Source of the DNA: Cupriavidus necator
GTDB lineage: Bacteria > Pseudomonadota > Gammaproteobacteria > Burkholderiales > Burkholderiaceae
Assembly: GCF_016127575.1 (NCBI RefSeq)
Contig: NZ_CP066018.1
Coordinates: 2,130,001 to 2,162,000 of the forward strand
Direction of reading: 5' to 3'
DNA: 32,000 nt
How positions within the stretch are numbered: position 1 is the stretch's first letter; each line of letters begins with the position of its first letter. The notes under the pieces are model-generated. The model was not told the DNA's origin and did no database searches. It saw only the letters and a program-made list of their open reading frames with translations. Below, piece by piece: positions 20,033 through 28,601 of the stretch. The translations under genes and the position numbers were made by a program.

Positions 20033-20530
20033 TCAGGCCTCGTTCCGGATCAGCTCCAGCAGTCCCCGCATGGCATGCTCGGCCGCCTGCCGGCGGATCT
20101 GGCCGCGGTCGCCGCGAAAGCGCTGGGTCTCGGTATGGGTGGTGATGCGGTTGCTCCAGCCGAAGCAGACCATGCCCACCGGCTTTTCCGGGGTGCCGCC
20201 GTTGGGCCCGGCCACGCCGGTGATCGACAGCGCCACCTGGGCGCGGCTGTTCAGCAGCGCGCCTTCGGCCATGGCGCGCGCCACTTCCTCGCTGACCGCG
20301 CCGTGGTCGCGGATCAGCTTGGCCGGCACGCCCAGCATGGTGGACTTGGCCTCATTGGAATAGGTGACGAAGCCGCGCTCGAACCAGCCGGACGAGCCGG
20401 ATACATCGGTAATGGCGGCAGCCACCAGCCCGCCGGTGCAGGATTCGGCAGTGGCCAGCATCAGGGATTTGTCGGCAAGGGCGACGCCGGCCTGGATGGC
20501 GAGCTGGTCGAGCAGGCGGCTGACAGACAT
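20033..20530 (-). CDS. pncC: CinA C-terminal-domain protein / nicotinamide-nucleotide amidohydrolase
   Basis: 165 aa. TAESCTGGLVAAAITDVSGSSGWFERGFVTYSNEAK closely parallels E. coli PncC (YgaD) as I recall it. Confidence 0.88.
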   Translation of the reverse strand: MSVSRLLDQLAIQAGVALADKSLMLATAESCTGGLVAAAITDVSGSSGWFERGFVTYSNEAKSTMLGVPAKLIRDHGAVSEEVARAMAEGALLNSRAQVALSITGVAGPNGGTPEKPVGMVCFGWSNRITTHTETQRFRGDRGQIRRQAAEHAMRGLLELIRNEA

Positions 20531-20585
20531 GGTGGATACAGGTAGTTTTGAGGGGAATCAGCTTGCAATGGCTGGCGATACGGGC

Positions 20586-21152
20586 TTAGAACGAGCGCCA
20601 CAGCGCAAACACCAGCAGCGTGTAGAAGGCCGCGAAGATGTCGTCGAACATCACGCCAAAGCCGCCGCGCAGGCCCGGGCCCTTGAGCGTGCGGTCATAG
20701 TGGCCGATCGGCGCCGGCTTGGTGATATCGAACAGCCGGAACCACAGGAAGGCGGCGAACTGCCCCCAGAAGCCGGTCGGCATGACAAAGGCCAGTACCA
20801 GCCAGAAGGCGACGATCTCGTCCCACACCATGCTGCCATGGTCGTGCACGCCCATGTCGCGCGCGGTGCGCGCGCACGCCCACAGGCCGACCAGGAAGCC
20901 GCCGGCGATGATCCACAGCCAGGTGGTGGGCTCGATCCACAGCGAAATCACTACGAAGGACAGCCACGCGTAGAGCGTGCCGACCGTGCCCGGCGCAACG
21001 GGCGACAGGCCCGAGCCGAAGCCGAAGGCGATCAGGTGGGCCGGATGGGCCAGCATGAAGCGCGCGCTCGGGCGCGTGACCTTGACGGTCTGGCCGGCTT
21101 CCAGGGTCAGGGCGGGGTCGCGCGGCGCGGCCCCGGGAGGCAAGGTGGACAT
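20586..21152 (-). CDS. pgpA: Phosphatidylglycerophosphatase A
   Basis: Contains FGFGSGLSPVAPGTVGTL, WDEIVAFW and FRLFDITKP motifs. ATG at 21152; the ORF-track start 21155 is a TTG one codon upstream. Confidence 0.9.
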   Translation of the reverse strand: MSTLPPGAAPRDPALTLEAGQTVKVTRPSARFMLAHPAHLIAFGFGSGLSPVAPGTVGTLYAWLSFVVISLWIEPTTWLWIIAGGFLVGLWACARTARDMGVHDHGSMVWDEIVAFWLVLAFVMPTGFWGQFAAFLWFRLFDITKPAPIGHYDRTLKGPGLRGGFGVMFDDIFAAFYTLLVFALWRSF

Positions 21153-21278
21153 CAAAATTGGCTCGTGTGATGCAGATACTGCTTATGGTTATGGCCGGCT
21201 TGCGCTGCCATGCTTGCGGGACTCCCGTGCCCGCGCAGCGCGCCGATGCCGGCATCATGACATGCCCGCGACCCGGTG

Positions 21279-22259
21279 TCAGGGGGCAGCGAAGTGGTCG
21301 AAGCTGGCGCCTTGGTACCGGGTCGGGTTGCCGGTACTGTCGACCAGCCGCAGGCCGGGCTCGGGCGTGATCGCGCCGACACGTGCGAGCGGCAGCGCCA
21401 GGCGTTCGCTAATCGCCGCAATGGCGTCGCGGCTGCCGGCGGGCGCGGTGAAGCACAATTCGTAGTCGTCGCCACCGGCCAGCACGCATTCGCGCTGGAT
21501 GGCATCGGGCTGGCTGGCCAGCACTGCCGAGCGCGGCAGCGCATCGACGTCGACCAGCGCGCCGACCTGCGAGCGTTCCAGGATATGGCCGAGGTCGCCG
21601 ACCAGGCCGTCGGAAATGTCGAGTGCGGCATGCGCCACGCCGCGCAGAGCCATGCCCAGCGCCACGCGCGGTGTCGGCGTGTCCATGCGCGGGCGCACCT
21701 GGCTGAACTCGGGCTCAGGCAGCAGCCATTCGCCGCGGCAGTCGCCCAGCGCCAGGCGGGCGTCGCCAAGCGTGCCGGAAATCCAGATATCGTCGCCGGG
21801 CCGGGCGGCGTCGCGGCGCAGCGCGGCACGCAGCGGCACGTCGCCGAATACCGTCAGCGAAAGCGTCAGCGGGCCGCGCGTGGTGTCACCGCCGACCAGT
21901 TCGCAGCCGTGGGCGTCGGCCAGCGCCAGCATGCCGTCGGCCAGTTCGGCCAGCCAGGCGGGGTCGGCCTCGGGCAGGGCCAGTGCCAGGGTGAAGGCGC
22001 GCGGCTCGGCGCCCATGGCGGCCAGGTCGGACAGGTTCACGGCCAGGGCCTTGTGGCCGAGTGAGCGCGGCGCCACGTCCGGGAAGAAATGCCGGCCGCT
22101 CACCAGCATGTCGGTGCTGATGGCCAGGTGGTGGCCGGGGCGGCCCTCGATCAGCGCGCAGTCATCGCCCACGCCGAGCGCGGCCTTGCGCACCGGCCGC
22201 GTGAAAAAGCGGCGGATCAGGTCGAACTCGGAAAGCGGGGCTGGCTGGGCGTGGGACAT
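21279..22259 (-). CDS. thiL: Thiamine-monophosphate kinase
   Basis: From ATG 22259 it reads MSHAQPAPLSEFDLIRRFFTR...GVGDDCALI...ISTDMLVSGRHF...NLSDLAAMGA...GGDTT. The upstream 55 codons of the ORF are not ThiL-like. Confidence 0.92.
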   Translation of the reverse strand: MSHAQPAPLSEFDLIRRFFTRPVRKAALGVGDDCALIEGRPGHHLAISTDMLVSGRHFFPDVAPRSLGHKALAVNLSDLAAMGAEPRAFTLALALPEADPAWLAELADGMLALADAHGCELVGGDTTRGPLTLSLTVFGDVPLRAALRRDAARPGDDIWISGTLGDARLALGDCRGEWLLPEPEFSQVRPRMDTPTPRVALGMALRGVAHAALDISDGLVGDLGHILERSQVGALVDVDALPRSAVLASQPDAIQRECVLAGGDDYELCFTAPAGSRDAIAAISERLALPLARVGAITPEPGLRLVDSTGNPTRYQGASFDHFAAP

Positions 22260-22530
22260 CGTCGTCAGGAAGATTCGCCCGCCGGGTGGGACGGATCGGG
22301 GGCTGCGCGTTGCGCGAAGATGAATGGCGATCCGGGGCAATCCCGCGGCGCGTGCGCAGCGCGTCAGGATGGGGCGCGTCCGGCATTTCAGCAAGATACT
22401 GCCGCGCACGACAGCCATGACCATCGCGCGGTACGCCGCTTCTGCCGGCAGGCGCTACGCTTGCTGGTATTGCCCGGGGGGATGGGGCATATTGTACCGA
22501 ATCGCAAAGGTGCCCCAAGTAAAAGGCTTA

Positions 22531-22559
22531 TTGTGAAATAGTATTTCACTATATAAAAT
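22531..22559 (+). promoter_or_regulatory. Putative sigma70-type promoter for maeB with an embedded 17-bp palindromic operator candidate
   Basis: TTGTGA (22531-22536), a 17-bp spacer and TAAAAT (22554-22559). The perfect inverted repeat GTGAAATA-G-TATTTCAC (22533-22549) fills the spacer. It sits in an AT-rich island within the thiL-maeB divergent region. Confidence 0.35.
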
Positions 22560-22658
22560 GCTGGGTTCCAAAGGAAGAGAAGGGCGGACACGTGGAGCCG
22601 GTCCGCCGATCGTCCCCCGCCTCGTCAATGACGGCTCCACCGATTGGAAGATGCGCCG

Positions 22659-24983
22659 ATGACCAGCCCTCAGCAGTCCCCGTCCCAAGACGATCTGAAA
22701 CAGCAGCAGCGTGAGGCGCTGCGCAAAGCGGCGCTCGAGTACCACGAGTTTCCCACCCCCGGCAAGATCTCGGTCACGCCGACCAAGCCGCTGTCGAACC
22801 AGCGCGACCTGGCCCTGGCCTATTCGCCGGGCGTGGCCGCCGCTTGTGAAGAGATCGTTTCCGATCCGGCCAATTCCTTCCGCTACACCGCCCGCGGCAA
22901 CCTGGTCGCGGTGATCACCAACGGCACCGCCGTGCTGGGCCTGGGCGACATTGGCGCCGCGGCTTCCAAGCCGGTGATGGAAGGCAAGGCTGGCCTGTTC
23001 AAGAAGTTTGCCGGTATCGACGTGTTCGATATCGAAGTCGATGAGAAGGACCCGGAAAAGCTGGTCCAGATCATCGCCGCGCTGGAGCCCACCTTCGGCG
23101 GCATCAACCTCGAAGACATCAAGGCACCGGAGTGCTTCTACGTCGAGCGCAAGCTGCGCGAGAAGATGAAGATCCCCGTCTTCCACGATGACCAGCACGG
23201 CACCGCCATCGTGGTGTCCGCGGCCATCATCAACGGCCTGAAGGTGGTCGGCAAGGACATCAAGAAGGTCAAGCTGGTGGCCTCGGGCGCCGGCGCGGCC
23301 GCGCTGGCCTGCCTGGACCTGCTGGTCGACATCGGCCTGCCGATCGAGAACATCTGGGTGACGGACCTGGCCGGCGTGGTCTATGAGGGTCGTACCGAGC
23401 TGATGGACCCGGAAAAGGCGCGCTTCTCGCAAAAGACCGACAAGCGCAAGCTGGCCGAAGTGATCGACGGTGCCGACATCTTCCTGGGCCTGTCCGCCGC
23501 GGGCGTGCTCAAGCAGGACATGGTCCAGCGCATGGCCGACAAGCCGCTGGTGCTGGCACTGGCCAACCCCAACCCGGAAATCGCGCCGGAGCTGGTCAAG
23601 GAAGTGCGCCCCGACGCCGTGATGGCCACCGGACGCACCGACTACCCGAACCAGGTCAACAACGTCCTGTGCTTCCCGTTCATCTTCCGCGGGGCGCTGG
23701 ATTGCGGCGCCACCACCATCACGCGCGAGATGGAAATCGCCGCGGCCAATGCCCTGGCCGAACTGGCGCGCCAGGAGCAGAGCGACATCGTCGCCACCGC
23801 CTATGGCATCCAGGACCTGTCGTTCGGCCCCGAGTACCTGATTCCGAAGCCGTTCGACCCGCGCCTGATCGTCAAGGTGGCGCCGGCCGTGGCCGAGGCC
23901 GCGATGAAGTCCGGCGTGGCCGCCCGTCCGATCGAGGACATGGACGCCTACCGTCTGCAGCTGCAGCAGTTCGTGTACCACTCGGGCACGCTGATGAAGC
24001 CGATCTACGCCGCCGCGCGCAAGGTCGAGATGGATAAGAAGCGCATCGTCTTCGCCGAAGGCGAGCAAGAGCGCGTGCTGCGCGCGGTGCAGGTGATCGT
24101 CGACGAAAAGCTGGCCAACCCGATCCTGATCGGCCGCCCGGCCGTGCTGCAGCACCGCATCGAGCGCTTCGGCCTGCGCCTGCGCGCCGGCGTGGACTTC
24201 ACCGTGGTCAACCCCGAGCACGATGAGCGTTTCCGCGACTATTCCGACGCCTATTACCGCATGATGGCGCGCGAGGGCATCACGCCCGAGTACGCCAAGC
24301 TGGAAATGCGCCGCCGCACCACGCTGATCGGCGCGATGCTGGTGAACAAGGGCGAGGCCGACGGCATGATCTGCGGCACCGTCAGCAACACCGCGGCGCA
24401 CCTGCGCTATATCGACCAGGTGCTGGGCGGCACCAGCAAGGTCTACGCGGCGATGAATGGCCTGGTGCTGCCGGGCCGCCAGATCTTCCTGGTGGATACG
24501 CACGTCAACGTCGACCCGAGCGCCGAAGAGCTGGCCCAGATCACGCTGATGGCCGCCGAGGAACTGAAGCGCTTCGGCATCGAGCCCAAGGTCGCGCTGC
24601 TGTCGCACTCGAACTTCGGTTCGTCCGAAGCGCCTTCGGCCCGCAAGATGCGCGAAACCCTCGCCATCCTGCGCGATCGCGCCCCGGACCTGGAGATCGA
24701 CGGCGAAATGCACGGCGACAGCGCGCTCGACCAGAAGCTGCGCGACCAGCTGGTGCCGGATGGCGCGCTCAAGGGCGAAGCCAACCTGCTGGTGTGCCCG
24801 AACATCGACGCGGCCAATATCTCGTACAACCTGCTCAAGGTTGCCGCGGGCAACAACGTCGCGATCGGGCCGATCCTGCTGGGCGTGAAGGCGCCGGTGC
24901 ACATCCTGACGCCGTCGGCCACGGTGCGCCGCATCGTCAACATGACCTCGCTGGTCGTGGTGGATGCCTCTGCCAAGCGCTAA
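22659..24983 (+). CDS. maeB: NADP-dependent malic enzyme (malic enzyme plus phosphotransacetylase-like C-terminal domain)
   Basis: 774 aa from ATG 22659, with GGAAGA 8 nt upstream. [27 protein letters not shown] and GAGAAA motifs are followed by a roughly 330-aa PTA-like domain. The track start 22644 is a TTG five codons upstream. Confidence 0.94.
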   Translation: MTSPQQSPSQDDLKQQQREALRKAALEYHEFPTPGKISVTPTKPLSNQRDLALAYSPGVAAACEEIVSDPANSFRYTARGNLVAVITNGTAVLGLGDIGAAASKPVMEGKAGLFKKFAGIDVFDIEVDEKDPEKLVQIIAALEPTFGGINLEDIKAPECFYVERKLREKMKIPVFHDDQHGTAIVVSAAIINGLKVVGKDIKKVKLVASGAGAAALACLDLLVDIGLPIENIWVTDLAGVVYEGRTELMDPEKARFSQKTDKRKLAEVIDGADIFLGLSAAGVLKQDMVQRMADKPLVLALANPNPEIAPELVKEVRPDAVMATGRTDYPNQVNNVLCFPFIFRGALDCGATTITREMEIAAANALAELARQEQSDIVATAYGIQDLSFGPEYLIPKPFDPRLIVKVAPAVAEAAMKSGVAARPIEDMDAYRLQLQQFVYHSGTLMKPIYAAARKVEMDKKRIVFAEGEQERVLRAVQVIVDEKLANPILIGRPAVLQHRIERFGLRLRAGVDFTVVNPEHDERFRDYSDAYYRMMAREGITPEYAKLEMRRRTTLIGAMLVNKGEADGMICGTVSNTAAHLRYIDQVLGGTSKVYAAMNGLVLPGRQIFLVDTHVNVDPSAEELAQITLMAAEELKRFGIEPKVALLSHSNFGSSEAPSARKMRETLAILRDRAPDLEIDGEMHGDSALDQKLRDQLVPDGALKGEANLLVCPNIDAANISYNLLKVAAGNNVAIGPILLGVKAPVHILTPSATVRRIVNMTSLVVVDASAKR

Positions 24984-25020
24984 ACCGCTTGGTATGGCCG
25001 GTAGCCGGCCAATGTGACGA

Positions 25021-25046
25021 AAAGCCGGGTTCGCCCGGCTTTTTTT
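25021..25046 (+). terminator. Intrinsic terminator of maeB
   Basis: AAAGCCGGG-TTCG-CCCGGC followed by seven T (25040-25046). Confidence 0.9.
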
Positions 25047-25342
25047 GCGTCCATATGTGCATGGTTAGTATGCGCACACATACGCTTAACATATTGAAAC
25101 AATTGAAGAATTACCGCTGCCGCCGGGCCGGGATTGATTAATTGCGTGCATGCGCGTAACCTTACGCCTTTGATACAGGCGCTCGCCATGAGCGCCCCGG
25201 TGCGGCCGGCATCCATCGCGCTCCTCTACGGGTGGCGCAGGGCGCTGGCCAGGGTGGCCCGGACAGATCGTCTACCCAACCAGCGGCAGGCTCGATTTCC
25301 GGTTCAACCAAGACAAGCAACGTGGGTTTCCAAGTTTCTCTG

Positions 25343-25732
25343 ATGCGGCACGCATCGCGCATGCTGGCCCGGTCCATGACCGGCGCGGCGCTGGTGCTGG
25401 CCCTGGCGCAGCCGACGCTGGCGCGGCAGGTGCAGACCGAAGGGATGGGAACCATTGCAGTGCAGCAGTTGCCCAACGATGCACGGCAGACCCTGGAGCG
25501 CATCGAAGCCGGCGGCCCGTTCCTGTATGACAAGGACGGATCGAGATTCGGCAACTACGAACGCATCCTGCCTCAACGTGAACGCGGGTATTACCGCGAA
25601 TACACGGTCAAGAGCGCCAGGAGCCGGAACCGGGGAGCCAAGCGGATCGTCTGCGGCGGAGAACAACGCGCTGCCAACGATTGTTACTACACGGAAGATC
25701 ACTACAACAGCTTCAAACGGATACTCAAATGA
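25343..25732 (+). CDS. Secreted guanyl-specific ribonuclease (RNase Sa/N1/T1-barnase superfamily)
   Basis: A signal-peptide-like N-terminus (MRHASRMLARSMTGAALVLALAQPTLA) is followed by GGPFLYDKDGSRFGNYERILP, YYREYTV, RGAKRIVCGGE and YYTEDHYNSFKRI. These parallel the RNase Sa catalytic Glu/Arg/His contexts as I recall them. The start at 25343 is preferred over the GTG at 25232 but is uncertain. Confidence 0.85.
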   Translation: MRHASRMLARSMTGAALVLALAQPTLARQVQTEGMGTIAVQQLPNDARQTLERIEAGGPFLYDKDGSRFGNYERILPQRERGYYREYTVKSARSRNRGAKRIVCGGEQRAANDCYYTEDHYNSFKRILK

Positions 25733-26346
25733 TGACTGACATTTTCGGATTGGGCGACGCCCTTGCCGCCCGCGAAGAGCGCGGCGCCGGAGATGGCTGG
25801 CAGCGGGCTCAGCAGCAGGCCCAGAACCTATACGACAACGTGCTGATGATGCCGAGCCAGGAGCTCATGCAAAAACTCCCGCCCGCGACCGCGCCCGTGG
25901 CCATGCCCGCCGGTCCCGGTTGGAACGACGGCACCAGCGAGGGGGCCATGAACCTGTTCAAGACGGTGCGTCCGAACATCGTCCAGTCGATCCGCGCCTT
26001 CCGCGTGCCTGAGCTGGCCCAGGCGGCCGCCGATCTCGGGCAGCATTTCCTCTATGCCAATTGCGCCCATTGCGCGAGCAAGGCTGAGGTCCTGGAAACC
26101 ATCGCCACGTCGTTCACCTTCCCGAAGCACTTCGGCAAGAACTTCGACGCGCTGGCTGACTGCCTGACCGACATGATCTACAAGGCAGGCCCGCAGCCGG
26201 GCTTTGTGATCGTGCTGGAAGGCTTGCCGATCGCGCAGAAGTTCGACAAGGAAGGGCGCGAGGTGCTGCTCGACGTATTCCGCGACGCTGCCGAGTTCTG
26301 GGGCGAGCGCAAGGTGCAGTTCCGGGTGTTCTATTCGTTCGCCTGA
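25729..26346 (+). CDS. Barstar-family ribonuclease inhibitor with N-terminal extension
   Basis: The C-terminal half matches barstar: FPKHFGKNFDALADCLTD against barstar LPEYYGENLDALWDCLTG, and VLLDVFRDAAEFW against VLQVFREAKAEG. ATG 25729 overlaps the RNase stop (ATGA). An alternative internal start is ATG 25948, preceded by GAGG. Confidence 0.8.
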   Translation: MMTDIFGLGDALAAREERGAGDGWQRAQQQAQNLYDNVLMMPSQELMQKLPPATAPVAMPAGPGWNDGTSEGAMNLFKTVRPNIVQSIRAFRVPELAQAAADLGQHFLYANCAHCASKAEVLETIATSFTFPKHFGKNFDALADCLTDMIYKAGPQPGFVIVLEGLPIAQKFDKEGREVLLDVFRDAAEFWGERKVQFRVFYSFA

Positions 26347-26381
26347 GAGCACTGCCTGAGCCCTTGCAAGGCGAATCAAGC

Positions 26382-26407
26382 AAAAAGCCCGCAATTGCGG
26401 GCTTTTT
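26382..26407. terminator. Bidirectional intrinsic terminator between convergent barstar and yidB-like genes
   Basis: AAAAAGCCCGC-AATT-GCGGGCTTTTT, a perfect 6-7 bp GC stem with an A-run and a T-run on either side. Confidence 0.9.
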
Positions 26408-26432
26408 GCTTTCCGGCGGCGAGGTGCTGGTC

Positions 26433-27041
26433 CTATTCCTGCGCCGGCAGATGCCCATGCGGCGTGAGGCGGTCGATCAGTTCCGGCAATCCTTCGCTCA
26501 GTTGCGCGGCCACGTCATCCTGCGACATGCCGGTGGTCTGTGCCAGCGATTCGAGCGCGCCGGTGTCGCCCAGCGCGCTGCTCAGCGCCGACGGCGTGAC
26601 CGGCTGGTTGGCGCCGCTGCCGATCCACGAGTTCACCTGTTCGCCCAGCCCGGCCTGCGCCAGGATCTGCTGCAGCGCGCCGATGCCGCCGGCGGCCGCG
26701 CCCAGTGCCTGGCTGTTGGCCGGGGCGCCACCCTGGCCGCCAAGCAGTCCGCCCAGCAGCGAGCCAAGGTCCAGGCCGCCGGTGGCGCCGCCGGGCGCTG
26801 CGCCGGCACCGCCGCCGCCGAGCATGCCGCCCAGCAGCCCGCCGAGGCTGCCCAGTCCGCCCAGGCCGTCATCGACAGGCGCCGCATCGTCTGCTTGTCC
26901 GCGGCTACGCATGGCCAGCGTTGCCAGCAGGCCAAGCGCCATCATCAGCTTGGGGTCGAGCCCTCCGGTACTGCCTGCCTCGCCACGCGCGCCGCCGAGT
27001 TGTCCGAGCACACCGCCCAGCACGCTATCGAGTAGTCCCAT
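26433..27041 (-). CDS. YidB-family protein (DUF937), Gly-rich
   Basis: MGLLDSVLGGVLGQLGG... and the C-terminal LAQTTGMSQDDVAAQLSEGLPELIDRLTPHG are typical of YidB/DUF937 as I recall it. ATG is preceded by AAGGAG. Confidence 0.75.
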   Translation of the reverse strand: MGLLDSVLGGVLGQLGGARGEAGSTGGLDPKLMMALGLLATLAMRSRGQADDAAPVDDGLGGLGSLGGLLGGMLGGGGAGAAPGGATGGLDLGSLLGGLLGGQGGAPANSQALGAAAGGIGALQQILAQAGLGEQVNSWIGSGANQPVTPSALSSALGDTGALESLAQTTGMSQDDVAAQLSEGLPELIDRLTPHGHLPAQE

Positions 27042-27100
27042 GGTCGACTCCTTTCAGTCAGGGTTGCAAGGTTGACGCGATGACCGGATGGCCGCCGCCG

Positions 27101-27853
27101 TCAGAATCCGCCAAGCAAGGCGTTAAGGGTTGCCAGGCATGCCAGCCCGGCGGTTTCAGTGCGCAGGATGCGGGGGCCGAGCGACACGCCGGTGAAACCC
27201 ACCTGTCTTGCCGCCTGCTCTTCGTCGGGCGCCAGGCCGCCTTCGGGGCCGATCAGCAGCGTAACGCCGCCGGCCAGCAAGCTTTCGCGCTGTTCGGCGA
27301 TGAACGCTGGCAGCGAATGCGTGGCGCGCGGCGATACCAGCAGCCTGGCACCGCCAGCCGCGGACTGCGCCAGCCATGTCTCAAAGTTAGCGACCGGCGC
27401 AACCTCCGGCAAGCGATTGCGGCCGCATTGCTCGCAGGCGGCCTGCACCAGCGCCTGCCAGTGCGCGTGGCGCTTGTGCGCGCGCTCGCCCGACAGGCGC
27501 ACCACCGAGCGGCTGGCCTGCAGCGGCTGGATTGCCGTGACGCCCAGTTCGACCGCCTTTTCGATCAGCCAGTCCATCTTGTCGCCGCCGGCCAGGCCCT
27601 GGGCCAGCGTGACACGGAAGGGCGGCTCGGCTTCGGCCGCGTCATGCGCGCCGATGCGCGCCAGCGCGTGGCGCTTGCCCAGCTCGACCAGCGTGGCCGC
27701 GTGGCTGCCGCCGCGGCCGTCGAACAGCGTCATGGCGTCGCCCGGCACCAGGCGCAGCACCTGCACGTGGCGCACCACCGGCTCAGGCAGCGGAAAATCG
27801 GATTCGGCGGCCAGGACGGTGTCCGTGCCGCCGACGAAGAAGCGTGGTGCCAT
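27101..27853 (-). CDS. rsmE: 16S rRNA (uracil1498-N3)-methyltransferase
   Basis: 250 aa beginning MAPRFFV, with HVQVLRL, DKMDWLIEKAVELGV, LIGPEGG and LGPRILRTETA motifs. Confidence 0.92.
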   Translation of the reverse strand: MAPRFFVGGTDTVLAAESDFPLPEPVVRHVQVLRLVPGDAMTLFDGRGGSHAATLVELGKRHALARIGAHDAAEAEPPFRVTLAQGLAGGDKMDWLIEKAVELGVTAIQPLQASRSVVRLSGERAHKRHAHWQALVQAACEQCGRNRLPEVAPVANFETWLAQSAAGGARLLVSPRATHSLPAFIAEQRESLLAGGVTLLIGPEGGLAPDEEQAARQVGFTGVSLGPRILRTETAGLACLATLNALLGGF

Positions 27854-28281
27854 CAGCTTGCCTGGCCTGCTGCCTGTTCCAGCGGCTTGCCGAAGCCCCA
27901 GCGGTAGCCGTCGGGATCTTCAACCATGCAGTAGCGGTCGCCCCAGAACTGGTCGGCCGGCGCCATCAGGCTGACCGCGCCGGCGTCGACCGCGCGCTGG
28001 TGCATGGCGTCGACATCGTCGCAATAGACATAGAAGGTCTGCGGGCACTCGACGCCCAGCGAGCGCGGCGTGCGCGCGGTGCTGCCCCAGGCGCCCTCGG
28101 GCGCGAACATCACCACCAGTTGGCCCTGGTAGTGCATCTCGGCGTGGGTCGGCACGCCGTTTTCGTCGACCACGTTGCCGGCCGTGAAGCCGAAGGCGCG
28201 GCTGTAGAAGTCCAGTGCGGCGCGCCCGTTGGCGACGGTCAGGTAGGGGGTGAGCCAGGGGGTGTTGGCCGGTCTGGTCAT
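27853..28281 (-). CDS. VOC-family (glyoxalase/bleomycin-resistance fold) protein
   Basis: 142 aa; TPYLTVANGRAALDFYSRAFGF and FWGDRYCMVEDPDGYRWGF are typical VOC/PhnB-like features. The stop overlaps the rsmE start by 1 nt. ATG is preceded by AGGAGA. Confidence 0.85.
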   Translation of the reverse strand: MTRPANTPWLTPYLTVANGRAALDFYSRAFGFTAGNVVDENGVPTHAEMHYQGQLVVMFAPEGAWGSTARTPRSLGVECPQTFYVYCDDVDAMHQRAVDAGAVSLMAPADQFWGDRYCMVEDPDGYRWGFGKPLEQAAGQAS

Positions 28282-28534
28282 GATCGTCTCCTGAGTGCGG
28301 GAAACCCGGCGCGGCTGGCGTGCCGCGCGGTGCGAGAGTGCATCTTACGCGTGCCGCGCTACGCTGTCGAAGTGCGGCGCAGCGGTGAAGCTGGCGCTGG
28401 CGGGGTGAAGCATCAGGCATGTGAGGGGCCGGATAGTTCCGGTGCCGGGGGCGGGGCCGTGCCAGGCGGCCTGCGGTGATCGCGCGGACTGCGCCGCGGG
28501 GGCTGTCCGGGAGTCCGGAAAACCCCCTAGCTTC

Positions 28535-28543
28535 TGCTAAAAT
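28535..28543 (+). promoter_or_regulatory. Possible extended -10 element (TGcTAAAAT) upstream of tkt
   Basis: TGCTAAAAT lies about 60 nt upstream of the tkt ATG in a locally AT-richer patch. No good -35 was seen. This is a motif-only call. Confidence 0.25.
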
Positions 28544-28601
28544 TGCGGTTTTCCTGCCGTCACCGTCAGGCTCACGCCCGCTCACGTCCAAGACCGCCCG
28601 C

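Noticed and set aside
22532-22550. Possible CRP/FNR-family site (TGTGA ... TCAC)
   Set aside because: The TGTGA and TCAC half-sites are separated by 9 nt, not the 6 nt of the CRP consensus, and the sequence does not fit TTGAT-N4-ATCAA for FNR. I kept it only as a generic palindromic operator candidate.
22455-24902. 815-aa minus-strand ORF
   Set aside because: It is antisense to maeB, whose identity is unambiguous. The translation is low-complexity and rich in Arg, Gly, Ala, Asp, His and Gln, as expected for a shadow ORF.
25232-25342. Upstream extension of the RNase ORF from a GTG at 25232
   Set aside because: Third-codon positions there are mixed rather than GC-biased, and the peptide is Gly/Ser/Thr/Gln-rich. 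The signal-peptide-like sequence begins at the ATG at 25343. The start remains uncertain, but the long form is unlikely.
25134-25343. 69-aa ORF (TTG start) and the antisense 78-aa ORF 24980-25216 in the AT-rich stretch after maeB
   Set aside because: Neither has a ribosome-binding site, and both have non-canonical or weak starts and Arg-rich, non-coding-like translations. One overlaps the maeB terminator.
26433-27041. Gly-rich ORF considered as a possible glycine-rich bacteriocin or secreted repeat protein next to the RNase cassette
   Set aside because: It has no signal or leader peptide. Its N- and C-terminal segments match the YidB/DUF937 pattern I recall. It is separated from the RNase-barstar pair by a bidirectional terminator and lies on the opposite strand.
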